The position numbers and the translations under genes are program-made. The notes beneath the pieces are model-generated. The model searched no databases. It had not been told where the DNA came from and saw nothing but the letters and a program-made list of their open reading frames with translations. From contig QPGO01000107.1 of NCBI GenBank assembly GCA_008632985.1, positions 124,001 through 188,000 on the forward strand: DNA of 64,000 nucleotides, given 5' to 3'. This document shows positions 25,240 to 35,900 of this stretch, one piece after another. Source of the stretch: Psammoneis japonica (lineage: Eukaryota). Numbering within the stretch: the first letter of the stretch is position 1; every line of letters begins with the position of its first letter.

Positions 25240-26075
25240 CTGACTCACAGAATCTTTTTGCAAGTGGAAGTGATTTCAACCACTTTCAATCCAACTTGTA
25301 GAATCTTTTTATGAGTGGAAGTGATTTCGACCGCTTTCAGTCTGACTTGTAGAATCTTTTTGCAAGTGGAAGTGATTTTGACCACTTTCGATCCGACTCA
25401 CAGAATCTTTTTGTGAGTGGAAGTGATTTCGACCGCGCTTTCGATCCAACTTGTAGAATCTTTTTGCAATGGAAAGTGATTTTGACTGCTTTTGATCCAA
25501 CTCACAGAATCTTTTTGTGAGTGGAAGTGATTTCGACCGCTTTCGATCCAACTTGTAGAATCTTTTTATGATGGGAAGTGATTTCGACCGCTTTCGATCT
25601 GACTTGTAAAAACTTTTCATGAGGGGAATTGTTTTCGACCGCTTTCGATCCTGCTCACAGAATGTTTTTATGAGTGGAAGTGATTTCGACTGCTTTCGAT
25701 CCGACTTGTAGAATCTTTTCATGGCGCACTTTTGATCCAACTTGTAGAATCTTTTTGTGTTGGGAAATGATTTCAACCGCTTTTGACCTGACTTGCAAAA
25801 ACTTTTTGCAAGGGGAGTTGATTTTGACTGCTTTCGATCCAACTCACAGAATCTTTTTAGAGTGGGAACTCATTTTGACTGCTTTTGATCCAGCTTTTTG
25901 AATCTTTTTATGTTGGGAAATGATTTCAACTGCTTTTGATCCCCGACTCATGAACAACTTCTTGCGAGGGAAAGTCAACCCGACTCACAAAAACTTTTTA
26001 TGAGGAGAATTGATTTTGACCGCTTTCAACCCGACTCACAAAAATCTTCAACAAGTGGAAGTGATTTCAATCCAC
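25240..26075 (+). repeat. 51-bp tandem satellite, right part
   Basis: Roughly 15 degenerate copies of the same unit as 13440-14178. Confidence 0.9.
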
Positions 26076-27074
26076 TTGAAAACAAAGCTTTTTCAATGCA
26101 AACATGTTGCAACAATGTTTGTCTGGAACTCTGAGATCTTCCTTTTCTTGAAGGGAGTTTTGTGTTCTGTCAACATGTCAAACTCTTTTTCATCAAACAT
26201 TTCCTCAAAGTCAATGTGATCTGACAGAACATCAGCAGCATCTGCGCACAACTTTGTCATGTCAAAAACATCTTCAAGCATTCTAAGATTGTTTTTTTTT
26301 AATGCTTTCGCACTCCTCATTCGCATCACAAACACTTGGAGCTTTGAATCTAAAAACAAGTTGTCTGGCCAAGTTGCAAATCATCTCAAAACCTTTGACA
26401 TCAAACATCAAATCCAAGCAAGGCCACATTTCTAATTTTTCCATGTCTTCCACAGTCATGCATCCTGCAAGAAGATTTTTCATCAGCTGAAGGTGGTTTT
26501 TGGTTTGGAGAATGTCCCGTTCTTTTTTGTTGCAATTTCCCATTGGCGCTTTGTGCAACAAACCATTTGGATCTTCACCCATCCAAAATGTTTTCATTTC
26601 CTGTTGTGCTTTGGTGCAATTTTTTCTGTTTTCTGGAGACAGATTGGTGACATCAGAGTCTTGTTTTTTTTGTCATTTGCAAATTTGTCTGTGACATCAT
26701 CCAGGTTGGAGGCATCATCCGGAACAGACTCTTCCGGATTGGACGAGTTTTTTTTTGGCACGATCCAATTCTCGGAGCATTGCCATCACCATGCCAGTTT
26801 CTGTTTTTGCATCGGCTTGTGTTTTGAATTGCTCTGTCTCAGCTTGCGTTTCGAATTGCTCCATCTCAGATGTGTTGTCTGTGTCATTTGGAATTGAGAC
26901 ATCATCCGGAACCGATGTTTTCTTCAAACAGAACAAAAAACACACTGTGTCAGCATGTCGTCATGCAACATTGTCATTTGGAACTGTTTCGTGGATTCAC
27001 CTGAGTTGTGCTTTCTTCCTCATCCGAAATGTTGTTCCAGACATGATCAAACTCACGAATCATCCCCATGAGTT

Positions 27075-27288
27075 TGTTGTGACTCTTTTCACACTTCTTT
27101 CGGATCGACATTGCGTCCTGTCGAACCGTCTTCTGATGATGTCGCGGTGCGCTCTTTCTCAAATGCAACGATTGCAAGTCATCACAAAAAAAATCTGTGC
27201 CATGTGACAACCTCCACCAGCCACAAACAAAAAGAAAAAAGTGCAACATCTCAGATCAAAACAAACGTCATTCAAAAAATGGCGAACA
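27075..27288 (+). repeat. Dispersed repeat (other copy at ~34447-34656)
   Basis: TTGTGACTCTTTTCACACTTC...CAAAAAATGGCGAACA is present at both sites. Confidence 0.85.
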
Positions 27289-27296
27289 CGCAATTG

Positions 27297-29163
27297 TCTC
27301 GCGCACGTGTGCACGGTTGTTGGACTGTGCAGGCGTGCGTGCGTGTGTGAGGTGCAAGCAGAGTGTGCGCAGAATTGCTGCTGCTGAGTGAGTTGACATG
27401 CGGTGGATTTTCCACCGGCACACAACCTGCGTGGTCCACATGAAAGACAAATTTGTGCTCGTCTCTGAAGCTTTTGCACATCATAAAATCATGTTGTGCT
27501 TTTAACAGATGCGTGCAGGAATTCAAAAATCTCACAGAACACCCCAAAAGAACTCTGGAATCTGCATTAAAAAAATTTCTGTTTGACGGTCCGAACAGGG
27601 TCATTGCGAAGCACTTCTCAAAATGTCTTCAGATTGTGCACAGTCAAACATCTGCTGTCACCAAAACAGAGTCACCATCGGATGAGTGGATCCCGTGTTC
27701 TTCACGCGCAAACAACACGATGACGCACAACAACACCATGGCAAGAAATGCGAATGCCGTCCCCTCATCTACAAGCTGGGAATGCGAGACACCATTGAAG
27801 TGGTTGGACAATGTGCATGCGCTGTGTTCATGGGTCAAGTTGGGTTTCTTCTCGCTGCTTGTTGTTGTGTCATTTTACAATGTTTTGACCCACGCCGTGT
27901 TCTTGCTTCGTTGCTTCTGCTCGCGCGCCACCAGCAGCTTCAAGCTCTTCCTGCAGGGTGTGGCCAGTTGCGCGGCTGCATCGAACCCAAACGTGTGCGA
28001 CCAACTGGCCCTGCCCCGGCCAACTCATCTCGCGCACGTGTGCGTGGTTGTTGGACTGTGCAGGTGTGTGTGCGTGTGTGAGGTGCAAGTGGGACATGCG
28101 CAGAATTGCTGCTGAGTGATTGACATGCCGTGGATTTTCCACCGGCACACAATCCACGTGGTCCAAATGGAGCACAAATTTGTGTTGGTCTCTGAGGCCA
28201 TTGCATGTCATTGATTTTGCTCATGCCTCCAATGTGTGCATGTGCCAACTCAAAAGTCTGACAGAACACCCCAAAAGAACTCTGGAATCTGGATTAAAAA
28301 AATTTCCATTTGACAGTCCGAACAAGGCACTGAAACAGCACAGAATTCTGCGTGTCGTGCTTTGCCGTGTCGCAAATCGAAATCACGTGGTGAAAGCACG
28401 GCGAAGCTGACAAGTGGCGGAGAACATCCAAGTGCCAATTGGAAGGAAAGCAATGTTGTCGAGCTTGTCCCAGACACATGTTGTCCAGTGCAAGTGGAAA
28501 CTTTCGTTCAGAAATTTGTCAAAACAAATGTTTTGGACAACTCCCAAGTTCGCCACGGCGAAGCACGGGAGCCAAATTGCTGTGCAAATCGCTGGCAAAA
28601 TTATCCAGCGACACTTTGTAGAGCTGCAATCAATGAATGACTTCCATTCCGACATCGAACTGACACAACTTGTTGCAAGACATGTCACAGCACAACTGTC
28701 GCTCAGCAGAGTGTTCCTCCAATTGTCAAATGTTGTCAGAAGCAGTTGTGGCTTTCCGCCGTGCTTTCGTCGTGCCATCAATTTTACAACATGGTGAAGC
28801 ATGTACGTAAATTCACACCAGGTTCTGCTGCAGTCCCCCATTTGATCAACTGAAAGCATTTGTAACGCACAACAACACCATGGCAAGAAACGCGAACGCC
28901 GTCCCCTCATCTGCAAGCTGGGAATGCGAGACACTGTTGAAGTGGTTGGACAACATGCATGTGCTGCATTCATGGGTCAAGTTGGGTTTCTTCTCGCTGC
29001 TTGTTGTTGTGTCATTTTGCAACGTTTTGACCCACGCCGTGTTCTTTGCTTTGTTGCTTCTGCTCGCGTGCCACCAACAGCTCTTCCTGCAGGGTGTGGC
29101 CAGTTGCACGGCTGCATCGAACCCAAATGTGCGCGACCAACTGGCCCCACCCGGCCAACTCAT
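27297..29163 (+). repeat. Interleaved ~300-bp direct repeats A-B-A'-B'
   Basis: A ~27297-27600 / ~28029-28325; B ~27721-28029 / ~28863-29163. Confidence 0.8.
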
Positions 29164-29923
29164 GCGTCCATGGAGTGGCGCACTTTCAAAAATGCGGTGC
29201 GCACACCCAATCCACACAAAGCACACGCACGTAAAAATGCACTGCAAAATTCGTAGAGATGTTTGTTTGAACTCACTTCTCACACAAACATCACGGCAAC
29301 GATGCTGCGACATCGGCAATGGACGCACACAACAACGACGGTGGACTGGGAGGTCATGATGCACTGAGACAACAACTGATGTGATGAGAAATGAGGTGTC
29401 AATGTCAAATGACAATGACCGAGTTGTTTTGGGAGCTGGTTGAGCCACTGGTGACGAAGGGTTTTTGGCACGCACAGCTTGGTGCTGAAATCACGCAGAG
29501 GTTTTGGCCGCGGTGGGACTGTTGTTTTTCACTTTTTTTGGGGTGCATTTTGTGTTTTCTCGGTCGATCGCATTGATGAAGCACTGAAGTGAGCACGCGA
29601 CAACAGATTTTGACGAAAAGTTGGATTTTCATTCATTGTGGAGGATCAGCACGGGGTTTTAACACGGTGAAGCACGGGGGGACGATTTTTTCACCAGATT
29701 TGCAAGATCCTGTATCCCATCCAATTCGCATGCGTAATGTTAGTGGATTAATGTAATTTTTATACGCAAGAAGCGCAATAACGTCGATATACCCGACATG
29801 ATAGACTTCCCGTGCTGTTGTCGTAATGAGTGAAATCTTGTTGTGTTCGGTGCGTAGAGTCTAGTACTATTTGTCCGTATGTAGACGAGTGCTGCGCACC
29901 GCACTTTTGGAAAGTACGCCACT

Positions 29924-30041
29924 CCATTATAAAACAATAAGAAAGTGCAACTGCAACGATACAAAAAATATACAGATCAGGTTATGAAACTGTTTCGAAG
30001 CCGCGCCACCCACTAATCAGCAGGGGAGCCCTGCGGCAGCC
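29924..30041 (+). repeat. Unmutated copy of a repeat ending in hairpin GCAGGG-GAG-CCCTGC (mutated copy at 34671-34782)
   Basis: Direct alignment of the two copies. Confidence 0.9.
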
Positions 30042-30292
30042 TCATCGTGAGACCCCACAAATACGGAGGGACCCTCCTGTAGAGCTCTACGCGAATTTTT
30101 GTATGTGGTACTGAAACATGTAGCCTACATACGCAAAACTGGTACAGTTTCTACGACAAAAATCCGGAAAAACTCCTAGTTCGCGAGATAGCTCTGGTAC
30201 AAAACCTACGTGAACAGTCCCCATACATTCACGTAGAACTCTACACATTTCCGGGTTGCGGATCCCTCCGTATTTGTGGGGTCCCACGATGA
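30042..30292. mobile_element. 251-bp MITE with ~30-bp TIRs and 4-bp TSD AGCC
   Basis: TIR TCATCGTGRGACCCCACAAATACGGAGGGA. The empty site GGCAGCCCAAT is seen in the paralogous repeat at ~34776-34786. Confidence 0.88.
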
Positions 30293-30351
30293 AGCCCAAT
30301 CGGTCCCACGCACGCTGCCGACATTCTCGCTCATGGCTAACCCTCTTGCGA

Positions 30352-32826
30352 ATGAGCGAACAACCAATTATCCTCGGCAAACGAAAAAGGAATAAAGAGG
30401 TGGATCCAGCTGAAATGATGCAGCAGGTTTCAATCGAAAACAATGAAGAAAGTGCACCGGCATCGATGGAGCTCGTGGTGGAAACGTCCGCGAGTGACGC
30501 GGATGACTCGACCGCGGTCATAGCCGCCGAAATAGTGCAGGAATGGTTAAAAACCGTGACGGACCCGACAGCAAGGAGTGCTCTGGAAGAAAATCGAAAG
30601 CAAATAGTTGAATGTTTGTCGTCGCTAGCGAGTGAAAACGAGTGGCTGTCGATGAAACGTGAATACAGGATTTTCGAGGTTGGCATCATTCTCGGTAAGC
30701 TTCAGCTGCCTGTAAAGGTGGACGCGAAGGGCCTCGCCTTTCTTTTTGTGGATGCTATCGAAGAAAGTGAACAGACGGAGTGGAAAAAACGCGTGGCGAC
30801 GCTGGACTACAAAATTGAAGAGATAGCGCTTTCCCACACGTTCGACGTAAATCAATTTTTGACTCACGTTACGGTGGTGTCAAAATGGTATGAAAAGGGC
30901 AACCAATTACAGGACGCCCCGTACTTTTGCTTGATTCAATCGAGTGGAATGGGCAAAACCAAGATCATGTATCATGCCTGTCAGGAATTAGAGAGCAATC
31001 ACGGGTGGCGGTGCTCCCTGGTACTCCCGAGTCAGATGAAGACGGGTAATACATCGCCAGTAAATGCACACCGAGTTTTCAAAAAGCAAATTGACCTTCA
31101 AGGAATTCTTGCATCAAACACACCTGTTGGCACAATAGTCGATCGAGGCTTTGAAGCACTGGATCGGCTCGTGGATGAAACTGTAGAAGGAAAGGAGCAG
31201 CCCACCAAATATGTCTTTCTTTGCTTTGATGAAGCCCAGGATTACTTGGGCTCATTCAACGAAACAAGTGAAGATAAACCATTGAAAACAGAGCACCCAT
31301 CACTGCTTTTTAGGATCATTCGTTTGTGGCTGCGAAAGCAACGATCTGATGGCTTAAGAATTGTTGCTTGCTTTGCCGGGACGACCGCAAATCTGAACAA
31401 TATTCGCTTCGAATTTGACGACGACAAAAGATTGATGAACACAGTTCCTTCAAGGGAATGGAAAGCTCAGGGTGCTAAGTTCTACGACAAAGGATCTGAG
31501 GTTTTTCCGGTGTCCACTCTGACCACTACTATGGGTTGTATCGCCAAGACGAGCGAAGGAAGCGAGTACAAGAAGGCAGTTCGCTACGGGCGCCCGCTTT
31601 TTGCAGTTTTGGATGCCAATAATGCACTTGAAGAAAAGGTGCAGAACATTCTTGGTCGTATGCTCTTAAGTAAGAATGATTGGGAGGAAAGCTTGCCTGC
31701 CTGTTTTAGTGTGCTTGCTACAAGGATGCAGATGGGCCAAACGACCTTTGCAATCGCTTCCGATCTTGTTGCCAACGGATATGCAAACCTCACTTCAGTC
31801 TCATCCAAGACCGCGAAAATCTGCTTTATGACTGATCCCGTGTGCGCCCGTCTTGCTATGGGCTTGATGGATGAAGAGTTTGCGTGTGGGCCGTTCATGG
31901 GCAAAAATCCACATTGGTGGGTTAGAAAGATGACTATGTTATTCTCTCGGGGTATGTGTAGCCCCGAAAAGGGCGACTTTGGTGAGGTGATGGTTGCTTT
32001 TTACTTGCTGCTATGTGGGGATGCGATACGTGGACCCCTTTCGGACGAAACCTTTTCAGTTTCATTGGATGATTGGCTTGGTGTTCTGCAGGGTGGAGGG
32101 CGTTCCACGAAGCTCGCCAAGCCTCCCTCTAGTTACCAAGTGACAGTTAACTTCATTCAAGTCTGTCGAAACTACCTTCGTTCTTACGGAGTCTGTTGGG
32201 AGGGTTTCAACGACCAAGGTTTCTTGAAGTACCTATACGAATCCGCCACCGCTTTCTACGTTTTTGGCGGCTGTCCTGTAATTGACATGGCCGGTGCTAT
32301 CAGAATTTCCAGTTCAACCGGAAGTGAAATTTCCTTTGCGCCGCTTGTCATTTCTATCAAGTCACACCACTACTTTTCACCAAAGCAGGCCAAGGAGGAA
32401 TGCGAAAAAATGTTGAAGAAGGCGGTCGACAGCGGCATTATGCGGGCGTTGTGTCTTCTCATTGTATTTGGGTCACCAACGTTGCCGGGAAAATCGTCTA
32501 GTGACGACGAATATGCCTTTAAGGGATGTGTGGCAGACAAAATCGTTGGAGACAAACCTGTAGCTTGTATTATTCGGATCCCGTACAATGATGCTTTTGG
32601 GCTCACGGATTCCTTTGTGGAGCTGACATCTTGTGGAGTTGCGGTTGCTGAGTTGTTGGCGTCACATCCTTACATTCGTGCGAATGTCGGAGTGCCGGAG
32701 GTGCTTAATCCCGATTTCGCACTCCGGCGAGGACAGAAAGACACAGAAGCAACGGCAATGTTGGGAGCTCTTTCAAAAGATCTCAGAAAAGAAACCAAGC
32801 CTACCACCGACCACATGAATGGGTAA
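30352..32826 (+). CDS. Crinkler-like (CR) P-loop NTPase plus probable restriction-endonuclease-fold protein
   Basis: Intact ~824-aa ORF with Walker A QSSGMGKT, Walker B FLCFDEA, YGRPLF, KGDFGEV, PVID...ISIK and an N-terminal NLS-like KRKRNK. Normal TpA and Tyr content. Confidence 0.7.
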   Translation: MSEQPIILGKRKRNKEVDPAEMMQQVSIENNEESAPASMELVVETSASDADDSTAVIAAEIVQEWLKTVTDPTARSALEENRKQIVECLSSLASENEWLSMKREYRIFEVGIILGKLQLPVKVDAKGLAFLFVDAIEESEQTEWKKRVATLDYKIEEIALSHTFDVNQFLTHVTVVSKWYEKGNQLQDAPYFCLIQSSGMGKTKIMYHACQELESNHGWRCSLVLPSQMKTGNTSPVNAHRVFKKQIDLQGILASNTPVGTIVDRGFEALDRLVDETVEGKEQPTKYVFLCFDEAQDYLGSFNETSEDKPLKTEHPSLLFRIIRLWLRKQRSDGLRIVACFAGTTANLNNIRFEFDDDKRLMNTVPSREWKAQGAKFYDKGSEVFPVSTLTTTMGCIAKTSEGSEYKKAVRYGRPLFAVLDANNALEEKVQNILGRMLLSKNDWEESLPACFSVLATRMQMGQTTFAIASDLVANGYANLTSVSSKTAKICFMTDPVCARLAMGLMDEEFACGPFMGKNPHWWVRKMTMLFSRGMCSPEKGDFGEVMVAFYLLLCGDAIRGPLSDETFSVSLDDWLGVLQGGGRSTKLAKPPSSYQVTVNFIQVCRNYLRSYGVCWEGFNDQGFLKYLYESATAFYVFGGCPVIDMAGAIRISSSTGSEISFAPLVISIKSHHYFSPKQAKEECEKMLKKAVDSGIMRALCLLIVFGSPTLPGKSSSDDEYAFKGCVADKIVGDKPVACIIRIPYNDAFGLTDSFVELTSCGVAVAELLASHPYIRANVGVPEVLNPDFALRRGQKDTEATAMLGALSKDLRKETKPTTDHMNG

Positions 32827-32999
32827 GCCACTGAGCTATTTGGTTGCATGGTTACTGCATTGGCAACAGGAAGCAGTGTTATGTTACTATGATGGACGTT
32901 AAATTCTTCTCTCAGGGTTGCCTCAAGATAATTCTTCCAGAAGACGTCATAGTCTAAGTTGTTAGGAAAGCAAATGTATTGCATGTCGCATTGGATAGA

Positions 33000-35900
33000 G
33001 TTGACGCACTCTCTGTTTCACACAATGAAATTTGCAGGATGGACAAAACACATTTTTATGCTAAAACGATGATTCGTGTCTTTGCCACATGCCCCAAGAA
33101 GTTGTTCTTGGATGCACACTGGAATGTGTCTCTGGCCGAGCACCCATGCTTGTGCATGGTGTGGTGTTGCAGTCTGCTTTCTTTGATGGGAGAACAGTGC
33201 CACAGCCCCTCCCACCTGCAGAAAGGGAAGGGGAGCCAACATCACTCATTGGTTTCACACCACCTGTTAACAACCCAGCTTGAAGATTTGGGCTGGTGGT
33301 TGGAGTGAATGATGGGGGGCAGAAAATTGTGCAGAAATTGTTGTGCAAACAGACGGGTGCCAGCAATGACACCCACCACCTCTGGGCTCCAGGTGCTGCC
33401 TGTGCATTTGAGCCCTTTTGATGACTTTGAAATGGGGTGACATTTGAGGGTTGCACTGGATTTTTTGACACCTGTTTGCCATCTAAAAAGAGTTGCCCCA
33501 TGTTGGCACCAAAGTGATCCAAGAAGTGAGTCTCACAAATTTGACAGCAATCGTGTGCTGTCAGTGTCACAATGAGAAAGTGGCTGGAAAAGTTTGTGCA
33601 AATTCAAACAGCGACATTAAATGAGCTGACAAGCTGGTGTCATTTTGGTGCCACCTTTTCTCAAAAAGGAAAAAAAATGATTTGTGTCAATGCAGTGCTC
33701 TTTCTTTTGGGGGTGCAGCATTTGCAAGAAAAACCATTGCAGTGGTGACAGGCAAATGAGGCAGAAGCAAAGGGGGTGCAAGGAGCAGCATTGGTGGCAG
33801 GTCAAAGAAGGGGAAAAATGCAAGGAAGCCAATGTTGCAAATCACCCTCCCCAGCCACTGCTGCCAGAAGAAGTGCCAACACCAATGCCAACATGTGACA
33901 ATGATGCTGACAACCAAGAAGAAGACTTGTTTGAGATTGAAGAGGCTGGCATCACTTTGGACTCCATGTTGGAAGACAGAGATGAACTGCCAAACCAGCT
34001 CTGTTGCTCAGACACAAGAGAATTGCAATCACCAGCTGCTTCAAAGTTCTTGGTGCACCAGAGAATGAAGACTCAGGGAAAGTTCACAACAGGATGGTTT
34101 CTGAAATCAGAAACATGCTCAAGCTTCCTGAGGGCACTGATGTCACTCCTGTCTTTTATGCCCTTTTGGGGTGCCAACAAAAGAGCATGCTGCATGATGG
34201 AGAACACAGGATCATTGCATGCAGCAATTCACACAGCAACAGGAGGGCTTCAGCCAATGAGCGTGGAGGGTCAGATTGCTGCAGACACACAAGAAGATGA
34301 ACTCAGCTCTTCTCAAAGCCAGCATGCTGTCAACCATCATTGCAGAGAATTGGGTGAACAAGACAGTGTGACAAAGTCAGATGTCTTTTCATTTGTGAGG
34401 CAATGAAAGCCAAAATTGTCAAATTGAAACCACAAGCCAAGGAAATTGTGACTCTTTTCACACTTCTTGCGGATCGACATTGCGCCCTGTCAAACTGTCT
34501 TCTGATGACATCGCGGTGTGCTCTTTCTCAAACGCAATGATTGTGAGTCATCACAAAAAAATCTGTGCTGTGCAGCAACCTCCACCAGCCACAAACAAAA
34601 AGAAAAAAGCGCAACATCTCAGATCAGAACAAACGTCATTCAAAAAATGGCGAACATGACAATCATTCGTCCATTGTAAAACAATGAGAAAGTGCAACAA
34701 CACAAAAAATGTGCAGATCAGGTTGCAAAACCGTTTTGAAGCCACGCCACCCACTGATCAGCAGGGGAGCCCTGCGGCAGCCCAATTCCTTGTAGGATGA
34801 CAAAATGCCAAAGACGTGCTCAAGTCCAAAAAGCTCTTCAGGCGAAGCATGTGGTCAAAGATCTGACCTTGCACACAAGGATTTTGCAGTGCTCTGTCAT
34901 TCCCCGGCTTCTTGACTTCCACCATGCCTGTGAGACTTCCTCCCGTGCAAACTGTCCAAATGTCAGGCTGAAAGTCAAAAATGCTTGGCTCGTTAAAACA
35001 CTTGACTTGACCCTGCAGACCTGCAGTGTAGATGACCAACTGCAAAACTTGCTTCACAAGACCTTGAACATTGCTTTCAATCCCCCAATTGTTTGATTCA
35101 CCATTGATTTCATGGCCAAGCCATAGATGCGAGTTGTCCTGTCGACACAGACTTTCGTCCAGAAGCACTCGGAAGTCATGCTCAATCATCAAGGCATCGT
35201 CGTGCTTCTCCTTTGAAATGCTGCATTTCGATTTCGACCCCGAGCGCCTGCCGAGAGGCGGAACACCATCCTGAAAGAATGTTTTCATTGTTGCCAAAGG
35301 ATGAACTTAGCTTCGCTTTCAGCTCAGACAGATCAGTGAGGCCGTCGTGCCAGCCAGTCTGTCTGTCCATCAGTGCGTTTTCAGTTTTCTCTGGAGACCC
35401 GCCCAGTTTGCAACAACCCAAAACTTGTGATCACTTGAGGAGTTTTCCTTGGTTTGAAGAACACATGAAATTGAAGGGAAAATTGTGACCTGGGTTCATT
35501 GGGATTGAGAAAGGATTCCAATCTTGTGCCATGTCAGCACAACCTGGATTTGCAGGCAACCTAAAATGCTTTGTGAGGGGGGGGGGGGGGCTCAGGACAC
35601 GTTTCAACTTTCTCCCTTTCTGAGAACAAAGTGGCACAGATGCAACATTCTTGCCAACAGCTGTCAACATGTGGAAAACCCAAAGGAGCTGTCATCAACC
35701 ATTTTGTGTGGTTTGAAGTGGCCAACACTGATGTCATCTTGCAGACAGCAGCAGCCACCGCTGCACCAGTCAGCAGAGCAAGGAAAATGATGCAAGGGCT
35801 GTTGTTGGTTGGCTTGACTCTGTCTGCCAAAGGGACAGACATCCAATGTTTCCTGTTTGTTGCTTGACTGGCTCATGCTCCTGCAGGCTCAAGTTCAAGA

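Noticed and set aside
25240..26075. CRISPR-like array, or a KRFYKSDRKRSKSL repeat protein (ORF 25309-25842)
   Set aside because: Units are head-to-tail with no unique spacers, there are no cas genes and the context is eukaryotic. The ORF is a by-product of a 51-bp (17-codon) period.
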